Source of the DNA: Deltaproteobacteria bacterium | GTDB taxonomy: Bacteria > Desulfobacterota > Syntrophia > Syntrophales > UBA2210 | Assembly (NCBI GenBank): GCA_016933965.1 | Contig: JAFGTS010000034.1 | Span: 2,696-66,695 of the forward strand | Length of the DNA stretch: 64,000 nucleotides | Direction of reading: 5' to 3' | Shown: one piece after another, positions 50,769 through 60,562 of the stretch | Layout: the number at the start of each line of letters is the position of its first letter | Numbering within the stretch: position 1 is the stretch's first letter | Program-made: the position numbers and the translations under genes | Notes under the pieces: model-generated | Database searches by the model: none | The model's input: only the letters and a program-made list of their open reading frames with translations | What the model was told of the DNA's origin: nothing

Positions 50769-52421
50769 TTATCCTTTTATTCCCGTGCATGCCTTCATCA
50801 TTTCCTCAATGCTGGCATAGGTATGCGATGCGTCAATGAAATAAGGGAACACATTTTCTCCCGTTGCCGCCGCCTCGTGCAACCTGTCCAATGAATCTTT
50901 CACCATTTTCTCGTCTCTCTGTTCGCGCACTTTGACGAGATTCTTTTTCTGGAGTTCCTCATAGGAAGGATCGATCTTGAGTATTTCGATGGGAAGCTCA
51001 TCCTTTTCAACCTCAAAACAGTTAACCCCTACAATCAACCTCTTTTTCTCCTCAATATCTTTTTTGTATGCATAAGAGGCATCCTGGATCTGTTTTTGGA
51101 CCCACCCTTCCGATACGGCCTGAAGCATTCCACCTTGATCATCGATCTTTTCGATGATGGATCGGGCTTCCTCTTCCAGATCATCCGTCAGCTTTTCGAT
51201 AAAGTACGAACCGCCCAAAGGATCAACAGTATGAGTGACCCCGCTTTCATGGGCAATTATCTGCTGCGTTCGAAGTGCGACACGAACCGCTGTTTCAGAA
51301 GGGAGAGCGTACGCTTCATCCATCGAATTGGTATGGAGAGAATGCGTTCCTCCCAGGACAGCGGCGAGAGCCTGAATGGTCGTTCGTATGATGTTGTTCA
51401 TCGGCTGTTGGGCGGTAAGCGAACAACCCGCGGTTTGTACATGGTATCTCAAAAGCCAGCTTAATGGATTCTCGGCACCAAAGCGATCTTTCATGATCCG
51501 CGCCCAGAGTCGTCTTGCCGCTCGATACTTACAGACCTCCTCGAAAAAATCGTTGTGGGCATTGAAGAAAAACGAGAATCGCGGGGCAAAATCATCCACA
51601 TTCAATCCCCGTGCGATAAGTGCATTTGCATATTCCACCGCACTTCCAAAAGTAAAAGCTATTTCCTGCGCGGCCGTTGAGCCTTTTTCACGTATCTGGT
51701 ATCCGATAAAACTGATGGGATTCCAGTGAGGCATTTCTTTGACGCAATATTCAACAACATCGACGGTCAGTTTATAAAGGGTTTGGAGGGGGAGGCGCCT
51801 GAAATTAACCGTGTAATACAGGGATACCGCATCGTTTTGAAGGGTACCCCTAAGCACATTGAAGGGAATGTTCCTTTTTTGGGCAAGCGCAAGGAACATG
51901 GACATGACGGCGGGTCCGCCCGTTATAATTGATGTGGAGATCGATCCGATATCAATTCCGTCAAAGATCACCTCAACGTCTCTCAGTGTATCGACAGGTA
52001 CTCCGTCCTTCCCCACTTCTCCCTCACAGAGGGGATTATCAGAGTCAAGTTGATTGTGTGTAGGGAGGTCGAAGACGATGTTAAGACCCGTCTGACCCTC
52101 TTTTTGAAGATACTTAAGTCGTTTGTTGGTTTCCTCGGGCGTTGCAAATCCTGTCACCTGTCTTCGAGTCCACAATTTTCCCCGGTATCCCGTCGGAAGA
52201 ACTCCACGCGTAAAGGGATAACTGCCTGGAAAATTGATTTCTTCAAGATACTCCTTGTTCGAAATATCGAGTGGCGTGTACAGACGTTTTACTTCTTTTC
52301 CCGAGAGTGTTTCAAAAGATCGTTTCTCTTCGCCCCACTTATCAAGTACGAGCTTCAGAGGACCCTTTTCCCACTTCTCTTTTTCCTTGCTTATTTTCTC
52401 AATTTCTTCCCCTGCATACAT
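50769..52421 (-). CDS. Acyl-CoA mutase large (substrate-binding) subunit, atypical specificity
   Basis: FPGSYPFTRG, WTRRQVTGF, FFEEVCKYRAARR, AQQPMNNIIRT, SLHTNSMDEA, DPLGGSY. Confidence 0.93.
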   Translation of the reverse strand: MYAGEEIEKISKEKEKWEKGPLKLVLDKWGEEKRSFETLSGKEVKRLYTPLDISNKEYLEEINFPGSYPFTRGVLPTGYRGKLWTRRQVTGFATPEETNKRLKYLQKEGQTGLNIVFDLPTHNQLDSDNPLCEGEVGKDGVPVDTLRDVEVIFDGIDIGSISTSIITGGPAVMSMFLALAQKRNIPFNVLRGTLQNDAVSLYYTVNFRRLPLQTLYKLTVDVVEYCVKEMPHWNPISFIGYQIREKGSTAAQEIAFTFGSAVEYANALIARGLNVDDFAPRFSFFFNAHNDFFEEVCKYRAARRLWARIMKDRFGAENPLSWLLRYHVQTAGCSLTAQQPMNNIIRTTIQALAAVLGGTHSLHTNSMDEAYALPSETAVRVALRTQQIIAHESGVTHTVDPLGGSYFIEKLTDDLEEEARSIIEKIDDQGGMLQAVSEGWVQKQIQDASYAYKKDIEEKKRLIVGVNCFEVEKDELPIEILKIDPSYEELQKKNLVKVREQRDEKMVKDSLDRLHEAAATGENVFPYFIDASHTYASIEEMMKACTGIKG

Positions 52422-52431
52422 GGTCATCTCC

Positions 52432-53931
52432 TCATTTTGGTCTCCGATCCACAATACGTAATTCCTTCATTTCTTTTTCAATACTCAACCGTTCAAGCAG
52501 GCTTTCCAGCGGCTCGAATATTATTTTTGTCGGTGTGATCTCCATCTGCTCTTTCATTCTGAGTTCTATCAGCTTCGAGACTTCCTCCTCACGGGTACCT
52601 TCCGCCGACGTGATATAAATAATCAACTCATCGTTCTCGAAGGGATCATCATTCTTTTTACGGAGTTCCGCGTGCCACTCCTTAACCTCGGCGAGGGGCG
52701 GAATCACGGAATACAAGAGATTGAGATTGACGAGAGTCCCCTTCATCTTTGTAAGATACATGTCTTTAATTTCCGATTTTCTGGAAATAACACTGTTTAT
52801 CCGAGGGACCCTCAACCCGCAATAAGGGCAGGAGTCATAGCTTATGGCAGGTGCGTCAACGATATCGCCGGTGCGGTAACGCATAACGATACTCCCTCTG
52901 CCGTCAAGCGCCGTATACACCAGCTCGCCGGAGGCATCATCCGGCAGCCGTTCTCCGCTTTCAGTGTCTATGATTTCAAAAAAATCGAGGTCGGGCCACG
53001 TATGGTACCCCGTTTTAACGCCACCGATACATTCTATGGGGTAATGCTTCTGTTCGGTAAATCCCCCTGCGGCAAGAAATCCGGGATCAACTGCGCCACA
53101 ATCCCTCGCCATTTGCAATACTTTCTCACGATATTCAGGATGCGCTCGTTCACCGCCGGTGATGAGCAGCTTGAGAGAACCTAAATCTCTTCCCTCATCC
53201 CTTGCGATACGGAGAAGATGGTAGAGATATCCGGGAATTGCAATGAGCGCAACAGCCCTTCCCTTTGAAATTGCATTGAGGATACGTTCCGTTCCCATAA
53301 CCTTTCCACCACCGCTCTGTAACGTGAGAATTCCCTGCAGGGAGGTCATTCTGTATACCTGCCAGAATCCGCCATGGGGAGCGTACGGAAAGGCATTGAT
53401 AAAGAGCTGCCCCGGTTGATAATCGATCTGTTGTTTCAGTACATCCATGGTCCTGCTGCTGTGAAGATTCCATATTTCGAAATCATACCGGGTGAACACA
53501 AAGGGCGTGGGATCAGCTGTGCGGCCCGTCGTGAAGATATTGAAGACCGGGGCATATTCCCATTCTAGTGATTCCTTAAGCCCCTTTTCCCCCTTGATGA
53601 GTTTTGTAAGGGCTATGTGAGCAAGAGCTGTTCTGGGAAGATACTTTTTTATCAACTCTTCATTCGGCTGGAGAATGAATTCCCGTGGTCGGGCTGGATT
53701 GTCATCGGAAGGGGCGATATCACTTTTCATGGAAAAGGGTAATTTTTGAAGATCATCGATAGTCCGAATTGAATCGGCATCGATGCCTTCTCTTTCAAAC
53801 ATGGCACGATAAAATGGTGAGAATGGGTAGACTTGTTTTTTAATAAAACTCCTCAGCTTTCGATTCTGCAGTTCCCGCATATCGTCAAAAGTCCAGGAAC
53901 TCATTGTTTTCCGCCAATTTCGTGTATCCAT
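52432..53931 (-). CDS. Phenylacetate--CoA ligase (PaaK)-like adenylate-forming enzyme
   Basis: SPFYR..GID...DDLQKLPF, FTTGRT, GELVYTAL, MRYRTGD. Confidence 0.82.
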   Translation of the reverse strand: MDTRNWRKTMSSWTFDDMRELQNRKLRSFIKKQVYPFSPFYRAMFEREGIDADSIRTIDDLQKLPFSMKSDIAPSDDNPARPREFILQPNEELIKKYLPRTALAHIALTKLIKGEKGLKESLEWEYAPVFNIFTTGRTADPTPFVFTRYDFEIWNLHSSRTMDVLKQQIDYQPGQLFINAFPYAPHGGFWQVYRMTSLQGILTLQSGGGKVMGTERILNAISKGRAVALIAIPGYLYHLLRIARDEGRDLGSLKLLITGGERAHPEYREKVLQMARDCGAVDPGFLAAGGFTEQKHYPIECIGGVKTGYHTWPDLDFFEIIDTESGERLPDDASGELVYTALDGRGSIVMRYRTGDIVDAPAISYDSCPYCGLRVPRINSVISRKSEIKDMYLTKMKGTLVNLNLLYSVIPPLAEVKEWHAELRKKNDDPFENDELIIYITSAEGTREEEVSKLIELRMKEQMEITPTKIIFEPLESLLERLSIEKEMKELRIVDRRPK

Positions 53932-54073
53932 ATATCCTCCTTTGTACCATGCGGAATGTCATGAAGGATTTTTTATGCACGCCGGCAGAACGTGAGTGTT
54001 TGAATTTTCGCGACAGGATCATGCCCGTAGGCTGAGTGTTTTCCGCTGCATCATGGATTCGATAGAAACCCTT

Positions 54074-54706
54074 TCATGCTTTTTTTATTCCCTGCATTAT
54101 TATTTCAAATGCCCTATCAAGCGTTTTCTTCATATGGCGTTTGCGGGGATCGAGCGCGCTTTTGCTTTCTTCCCAGATGACCAGCCCGGAGAAGAGGCTC
54201 CAGATAATATCCGCAAAGACGATCGGTTCCATTTCTTTGAACACCCCCATATGAACCCCGTCTTCATAATTTTGGGACATGAAGCGGATTGCCCGACTTG
54301 CAAGGTCTTTGATCTGCGTTATCAATTCTTCCGAAATATTTTTGTAAACCTCGCTTGTCTGAAAGTGGAATATATTCATAAAAATCAGGGGGTCATACTC
54401 ATACAACGTGTACAGGGACTCCTTGATTGCCAGGATTCTTTTTTCCGGGTCCTTTTCTGCGTTTTTTTCCCTTTCATCAAATTCTTCGATCAGATTTTCA
54501 AGAAACTTGAGGCTGAGGGCTGCATGAAGTTCTTCCTTGTTTGAAAAGTAAAGGTACAGGGTTGAAGGGCTCAACTCGATATCATTTGCAATATCTCCCA
54601 TCGTGGTCCTGCTGAACCCCTTTTTACTGAAATGTTTTTCCGCTGCTTCCAGAATTTTCTGACGACGTTCCTTTTTCTCTCGCTCCTTTCTCTCTGCAAT
54701 TCCCAT
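54074..54706 (-). CDS. TetR-family transcriptional regulator
   Basis: RRQKILEAAEKHFSKKGFSRTTMGDIA...STLYLYFSNKEEL. Confidence 0.95.
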   Translation of the reverse strand: MGIAERKEREKKERRQKILEAAEKHFSKKGFSRTTMGDIANDIELSPSTLYLYFSNKEELHAALSLKFLENLIEEFDEREKNAEKDPEKRILAIKESLYTLYEYDPLIFMNIFHFQTSEVYKNISEELITQIKDLASRAIRFMSQNYEDGVHMGVFKEMEPIVFADIIWSLFSGLVIWEESKSALDPRKRHMKKTLDRAFEIIMQGIKKA

Positions 54707-54767
54707 ATATCGGTCCTTTCGATCTTTAATGTCTTGATGTCAGGTCGCGATTCCTTTGTGAATATGC

Positions 54768-54797
54768 TTTATTTAATGAATATATTCATTAAATAAA
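54768..54797. promoter_or_regulatory. Perfect 30-bp palindrome, probable TetR operator
   Basis: TTTATTTAATGAATA|TATTCATTAAATAAA overlaps the -10 region of a minus-strand TTGACA (54813-54808). Confidence 0.8.
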
Positions 54798-55103
54798 CAG
54801 GCTCATTTGTCAAGAAAAAAGTGATGTCCCGGAGAAAAGGTTTCGAGAAATCAGATCATCCCGGGCTTCTGCGAAAAGTCTACAGACAAAGGGGTCACTC
54901 CCGCATTTGTGATGCATATAGTGATATTGTAAGGATTGATCGCATGTTGGATAAATCATTGAGACCGCGAAAGCTTCCTGTTATGATTCTATTCGTTGGT
55001 ATGAGGGATATAAAATGGTCGCCCCGCGGCGCATAGCGTGATTGTAAAGGCATGCCGGTACGAGCGCCTGTCGTCGTGCCCGGGTATGTGCCGGAGAGGA
55101 ATA

Positions 55104-56906
55104 ATGGAAAAACATCACAAGTTTTCTATCTGGTACGTTCTGATCGCCATCTGGGCCGTCCTGATCGTGCAGAACTATCTTTCCACCGTGTTCGCCGTGA
55201 AGGTCATCCCCTACAGTCAGTTCCTGACACTCCTGAAGGAGGACCGGATTCAGGAGGTCGCCGTGACGGAGAACCGGATACAGGGGAAGATGAAGGACGA
55301 AGCAGGGTCCGCTCACAGCTTCAAGACGATCAGGGTCGATCCGGAACTGTCGGACCTCCTGCAGCAGCACCAGGTCATTTTCAAGGGCGAGATAGAGTCG
55401 AACTTTCTTCCGAATCTCCTCTCCTGGGTGGTACCGGTCATCCTTTTCGTGGCGATCTGGTATTTTCTCATGAAGCGGATGGCGGGTCAGCAACCGGGAT
55501 TCATGTCCTTTGGAAAGAACAAGAGCCGGATATACATGGAAAACGAGCTCAACGTGACCTTTAACGATGTCGCCGGCGTTGATGAGGCGAAACAGGAGTT
55601 GATAGAGGTCATCGATTTTCTGAAAAACCCGGGGAAATTCAGCGGAATCGGCGGCAAAATACCCAAGGGCATCCTCCTCGTGGGGCCTCCGGGAACAGGG
55701 AAAACGCTCCTGGCGAAAGCCGTGGCGGGGGAAAGCGGTGTTCCCTTTTTCAGCATGAGCGGATCGGAGTTCGTCGAGATGTTCGTGGGCGTCGGAGCAG
55801 CGCGGGTGCGGGATCTCTTCGTCCAGGCAAAGGGGAAAGCCCCCTGCATCATCTTTATCGACGAACTGGACGCCCTCGGAAAGGCCCGAGGCATGGGCGT
55901 GATGGGGGGACACGACGAGCGCGAGCAGACCCTGAACCAGCTGCTGGTGGAGATGGACGGGTTCGATCCGAAATCGGGGGTCATTCTCATGGCCGCCACG
56001 AATCGTCCCGAGATACTCGACCCCGCTCTCCTGCGCCCGGGGCGCTTCGACCGCCACATCCTGGTCGACCGTCCCGACCGGAAGGGACGGGAAGATATCC
56101 TCAGGGTACACCTTCGCGGCATAAAAACCGCTCCCGACCTTGACGTAGAACTGATCGCCAACATGACGCCGGGAATGGTCGGCGCCGATCTGGCGAACCT
56201 CGTCAACGAGGCGGCCCTCCTGGCCGTCCGGAGGAACAAGACGGTGGTGGGAATAGCGGAGTTCGAGGAATCCGTCGAACGGATCATCGCCGGCCTGGAG
56301 AAGAAGAACCGGCTCATCAACCGCCGTGAGCGGGAGATCGTGGCCCACCACGAGATGGGTCATGCCCTGGTGGCACTTTCCCTGCCGGGGACGGATCCTG
56401 TTCAGAAGATCTCCATCATCCCCCGGGGGATCGCGGCCCTGGGATATACCATGCAGGTCCCCACTGAGGACCGCTTTCTCATGAGCAGGTCCGAACTCCT
56501 CAACAAGATCGCCACGCTCCTCGGCGGGCGTGCCGCCGAAGAACTGATGTTCGGCGATATCTCAACGGGGGCCCACAATGACCTTTCCCGGGCAACGGAT
56601 ATCGCCAAGAGCATGGTGAAGGAGTACGGGATGAGCGATACACTGGGCCAGGTCTATCTCTCTCACGACAAGCGGGGCAATCGTTTTATCGACATCGGCA
56701 TGGCCGAACAGGCGGATTACAGCGAGGCAACGGCGGAGGCCATCGATGAGGAGGTACGGACCATTATTTCAGGCCAGTATGAAAAGGCCCTTGATATCCT
56801 GCGGGAGAAGAGGGATATCCTGGTGAAAGGCGCGGAACTGCTCCTCGAAAAGGAAAAAATAGAGAGCAGCGAGATCCGGGCGCTTCTCGCTTCCAACAGC
56901 GCGTGA
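55104..56906 (+). CDS. ftsH: ATP-dependent zinc metalloprotease FtsH
   Basis: Two TM helices, [30 protein letters not shown]. Confidence 0.97.
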   Translation: MEKHHKFSIWYVLIAIWAVLIVQNYLSTVFAVKVIPYSQFLTLLKEDRIQEVAVTENRIQGKMKDEAGSAHSFKTIRVDPELSDLLQQHQVIFKGEIESNFLPNLLSWVVPVILFVAIWYFLMKRMAGQQPGFMSFGKNKSRIYMENELNVTFNDVAGVDEAKQELIEVIDFLKNPGKFSGIGGKIPKGILLVGPPGTGKTLLAKAVAGESGVPFFSMSGSEFVEMFVGVGAARVRDLFVQAKGKAPCIIFIDELDALGKARGMGVMGGHDEREQTLNQLLVEMDGFDPKSGVILMAATNRPEILDPALLRPGRFDRHILVDRPDRKGREDILRVHLRGIKTAPDLDVELIANMTPGMVGADLANLVNEAALLAVRRNKTVVGIAEFEESVERIIAGLEKKNRLINRREREIVAHHEMGHALVALSLPGTDPVQKISIIPRGIAALGYTMQVPTEDRFLMSRSELLNKIATLLGGRAAEELMFGDISTGAHNDLSRATDIAKSMVKEYGMSDTLGQVYLSHDKRGNRFIDIGMAEQADYSEATAEAIDEEVRTIISGQYEKALDILREKRDILVKGAELLLEKEKIESSEIRALLASNSA

Positions 56907-56988
56907 TGAGAGTGCACGCAACCCCGACGTGTCATGCCCGGTTCGGGTGTGCGGTCTCTGAAACCGGACCATACAGGGCCGCCCGCGG

Positions 56989-57651
56989 TTAATCGTCTCC
57001 GGCAGTGGTCTTTCCGATCGCTTTGCGGATCTCCCGAAGCGTTTCCTGCTCGGAGAGCGCTCCCGTAAATCCATGCTCCTCGTTGATGACCGTGTGAGGA
57101 ACGCTACCCACGTTGTATCTCACCACCAGATGGGGGAATTCCGATCCCTCGATCATATCGGCGGTGATGTGATCGCTCGCCATGGCAAAGCGGTGCGCGG
57201 CGCGCACGGCACCGGGACAGTAAGGTCAGGTCGGTGATATGATGACCTGCAGATGCACCGGCCGATCAACGTCCCGCAGCCCGGAGAGGATATTTTCGCT
57301 CAACCCCGGGGAGCGCCGTCCCGCGTCCATTACATCCTGTATCAGGGTGGTGAACTCGTACCCGGAGGGCACGCCGTAAAACCTGACCCCGTAATCGCGG
57401 TCCCCCATCACGATCGTTGCCGGCACCTTGTCGATCCCGTGGCTCGAAACCGCATCCTTGTCCTTGACAAAATCGTACACCTCGAGCGTGAGCCTGTCCG
57501 ACAGGGCCGTGACCTCCTCCAGGAGCTTCCGTGTCATCTCACAGTACTGGCATTCCATCTCCTGGGTGAACATGACCAGCGTCACCGCTTCCGGCAGGGT
57601 TTTCAAAAGCTCCGTCAGTTTTTCCCTGTCCTTGTCCTTCAACAATGCCAT
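56989..57651 (-). CDS. Selenocysteine-containing protein-disulfide oxidoreductase (AhpF-N/PDO type), in-frame UGA at 57228-57226
   Basis: N-terminal CQYC and C-terminal SPT-U-PYC; the frame continues through TGA into ..SVPHTVIN..FTGA. Confidence 0.9.
57191..57225 (-). promoter_or_regulatory. Candidate bacterial SECIS hairpin
   Basis: GTGCGC-GCC-GCGCAC stem-loop starting 18 nt after the UGA, loop beginning with G. Confidence 0.55.
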
Positions 57652-57663
57652 GGTGTTCCTCCC

Positions 57664-58701
57664 TTAGATCAGCCGTTCATCCATCAGGTACTCATAGGCG
57701 GACAGGGCCGCCTTGGCCCCCTCGCCCGCGGATATGACGATCTGCTTGTGTGGCACGGTGGTTACATCACCGGCCCCGAACAACCCTTTCACGCTGGTCC
57801 GGCAGGCGCAATCGACGATGATCTCGCCCGCGTCGTTCAGCCTGACGAGGTCCTTCACGGAATCGCTGTTCGGCAGGAGACCGATCTCCACGAAGAGACC
57901 CGCCGCGTCGATCCTCTTCTCGTCACCGTCATCACGGCCCTTTACCACGACCGCTTCCACCCTGTCCGCACCTTCGATACGGACGACCTCCGTGTTCTCG
58001 AGGAAGTCGACACCGGGATAGCGGGACACCCGTTCATACAGCGATCCATCCGCCTGCCACCCCTTCAGAAAATTGACCAGAATGACCTGAGCGCCCACCT
58101 TGAGGAGATCGGCCGCCGTGGTAAAGGCCGAATTCCCGCCGCCGGCCACGACCACGCGTTTCTCCTTGAACAGGGGCGCGTCACAGGTAGCGCAATAGGC
58201 CACTCCTTTGCCGACCAGTTCCTTTTCACCGGGCACGTTCAGGGAACGATGGCGTTTCCCCGTGGCAACCACAACGGCATGACCCCGGTAGCTCCGACCG
58301 TCAGCGGTAATGACGGAAAAAAGGCCTCCCTCTTTTTGTACCTCACGGACGGCAGTGTTCATGCGTACCGAGATGTCGAAGCTTTTTACATGCTCGCCGA
58401 ACATGCCCGCCAGTTCACGCCCGCTGATACTCTGAAACCCCAGCCAGTTCTCAACGTCGGAGGTTTCCAGCATCTGCCCGCCGAAGTCCTTCGTCACGAC
58501 GGCCAGGCTCAGCATCTTTCGCGCGGCGTAAATGGCGGCCGACATGGCGGCCGGCCCGCCGCCAACGATGAGAAGGTCATATGTCCGGTCCTCCGCGGGA
58601 ACCGCCGCGTCTTCGAGCACCGACGTGTCAAGTTCAAACTCGGGAAGGTCCATCTGTTCACTCCTTGCCGGTGTGCCTGCCACCTGTTCCGGGGCCATCA
58701 A
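57664..58701 (-). CDS. trxB: Thioredoxin reductase (AhpF C-terminal-like)
   Basis: GGGPAA, GKGVAYCATCD, GGGNSA, GLFGAGDVT, GEGAKAAL. Confidence 0.93.
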   Translation of the reverse strand: MMAPEQVAGTPARSEQMDLPEFELDTSVLEDAAVPAEDRTYDLLIVGGGPAAMSAAIYAARKMLSLAVVTKDFGGQMLETSDVENWLGFQSISGRELAGMFGEHVKSFDISVRMNTAVREVQKEGGLFSVITADGRSYRGHAVVVATGKRHRSLNVPGEKELVGKGVAYCATCDAPLFKEKRVVVAGGGNSAFTTAADLLKVGAQVILVNFLKGWQADGSLYERVSRYPGVDFLENTEVVRIEGADRVEAVVVKGRDDGDEKRIDAAGLFVEIGLLPNSDSVKDLVRLNDAGEIIVDCACRTSVKGLFGAGDVTTVPHKQIVISAGEGAKAALSAYEYLMDERLI

Positions 58702-58713
58702 CCCCGGAGCTTA

Positions 58714-60561
58714 TTACATGTAAACGATATCGTCCCAGGGGTGACGGTACAACCCCTGCTTGAGCCGTTTCTGATCCAGATAATGCCCCATAAGGCCGAT
58801 ACTCCGTCCCAGGACGAACAGCCCGTTCAATGCTCCCATGTTGATGTACTCGTCCGCCTCTTCCTTGCCCAGTTCGGCCCGCAGGAGGTCGGCCAGGCAG
58901 ATACCCGTGCAGCCGTCCACATTGAGAATGAGATTGTCCCGTTTCGCCGTGGTGAGCTTCTCTACCTCAAGGGCAAAATCGAGAATCTTCGTCTCCTTGA
59001 AATGCCGCCGCGCGTAACGCTTAACGAGGGTCACCCGCATGTCCGGATTATGTATCGACTTGACGCGATGGCCGATGCCCTGAATATTGACGCCCCGTTT
59101 CCGCATGTAGGCAACGAACTCCCCGGGGCTCATCCCCCGGTCGTAGGCGCTGGAAAACTGCTGCGCCGCCCCGTCCATGGCACCGCCGAAGAGGGGGCCG
59201 ATACAGAGCAGACCCGACGCGAGCGACGAGACGAGGTCCTTTCCGGCCCTGGTGGCAACGATGGTATTGTGAGCCCCCGATACGGCGGGTCCGTGATCGG
59301 CGGTCACCATGATGATCATTTCTATGAACTTCGTGGCGTACTCGGGAAGGAGTTTTTTGAACCACAGTATGCTCACGACGCCGCCTATGCCGATGTTGTT
59401 CCTGATCACCCGGGAAATAGGCATTTTCCCGTACCGCAACTCTTCTCCCCGATCGTCCGATATGGTACTGACGAAATGGCCCGGCTTTCTCACAGACCCT
59501 TCTTTCAGCACCTTGTCGAGATCGATGGGAACGCGGGGGACCTCCTCCTCTTCGCGTGCGGATATGACGCCCCGTTTCCTGAGATCCTGAAAGGTTTCGC
59601 GTATCTTGACTCCGAAATCATCGAAGGATGCGGGAACGATGGCTCCCTCTTTTTTCAGGGCCCTGTTCTTGGCATCAGCCGTTTCGACGTCTCTGTCGGC
59701 CTTTGCACCGGCATGACCGAACTGTATCTCCGTCTTGAAGGCCTTCGAGCAGGTTCCCGTCACCCAGATGACCAGGGGTTTCGTGATGTCCTTTTTTACC
59801 AGCGCCTCGACGATATCGTGTTCATCGCTCCCCCCAACCTCGCCGAGACAGACCAGCATCTTCACGGAGGGATTCCGTTCATATCGAAGCAGGTGGTCAA
59901 GCAGGGTCGTACCGGGGTAACGGTCGCCGCCGATGGCAATCCCTTCGTAGAGACCGTCGGTGTTCAGGGCAATGATATTGTACGCCTCGTTCGACAGCCC
60001 TCCCGATTTGGAGACGAACCCCACGGAACCGGGCCGGTACAGCTTGGACTCGATAATATTCTCGATGGTCCCTCCCGTGTTGCCGATCTTAAAGGCGCCC
60101 GCCTTGACGCCGCCCACCGTCGCCGGCCCGATGATCACTTTTCCCTGTTTCTTCGCCTTCGCCGCCAGCAGCTTCATTGTCCGTTCGGGAACACCCTCCG
60201 CTATAATGACGATGGTCCGTATTCTGTCGATCGCGAGGGCCTCCTCCACAGACTGGGCCGCGGAACGAAAGGAGGCGAAACTGATGAGTACGTCGGCTTT
60301 CGGGTGTTTCTCCGCCGCCGATTCCAGGGTCATGTGAACGGGGATCAGGATCTCCCGCGCACCGAAGAAAAACTTTTGCAGGGCTTCCCTCCCCGTGGGA
60401 TTCACGATGGCGGCGACGGAGGGAATGCTCCTCCCCGCCACGTAATCGAAGTCAAGCATTCTCTGCACGGCGTTCGTCTGGAGATTATACACTATCGCCT
60501 GTGTCCCGCGATCGAACAGCTCATACTCGGGCCTTCCCGTCCCTTTTCTCATCGGCACCAT
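58714..60561 (-). CDS. aclA: ATP citrate lyase alpha subunit
   Basis: MLDFDY, IIAEGVPE, IIGPATVGG, QFGHAGA (phospho-His), ADHGPAVSGAHN, GIGHRVKS, LILNVDG. Confidence 0.95.
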   Translation of the reverse strand: MVPMRKGTGRPEYELFDRGTQAIVYNLQTNAVQRMLDFDYVAGRSIPSVAAIVNPTGREALQKFFFGAREILIPVHMTLESAAEKHPKADVLISFASFRSAAQSVEEALAIDRIRTIVIIAEGVPERTMKLLAAKAKKQGKVIIGPATVGGVKAGAFKIGNTGGTIENIIESKLYRPGSVGFVSKSGGLSNEAYNIIALNTDGLYEGIAIGGDRYPGTTLLDHLLRYERNPSVKMLVCLGEVGGSDEHDIVEALVKKDITKPLVIWVTGTCSKAFKTEIQFGHAGAKADRDVETADAKNRALKKEGAIVPASFDDFGVKIRETFQDLRKRGVISAREEEEVPRVPIDLDKVLKEGSVRKPGHFVSTISDDRGEELRYGKMPISRVIRNNIGIGGVVSILWFKKLLPEYATKFIEMIIMVTADHGPAVSGAHNTIVATRAGKDLVSSLASGLLCIGPLFGGAMDGAAQQFSSAYDRGMSPGEFVAYMRKRGVNIQGIGHRVKSIHNPDMRVTLVKRYARRHFKETKILDFALEVEKLTTAKRDNLILNVDGCTGICLADLLRAELGKEEADEYINMGALNGLFVLGRSIGLMGHYLDQKRLKQGLYRHPWDDIVYM

Positions 60562-60562
60562 G

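Noticed and set aside
50769-52421. Annotation as ordinary methylmalonyl-CoA mutase
   Set aside because: Lacks the Tyr and Arg that bind the substrate carboxylate; no epimerase, carboxylase or meaB nearby
54981-56363. 460-aa minus-strand ORF
   Set aside because: Antisense shadow of ftsH
56989-57651. Two separate small genes or a nonsense pseudogene
   Set aside because: The TGA falls exactly on a redox-motif Cys with a downstream hairpin; Sec recoding explains it better
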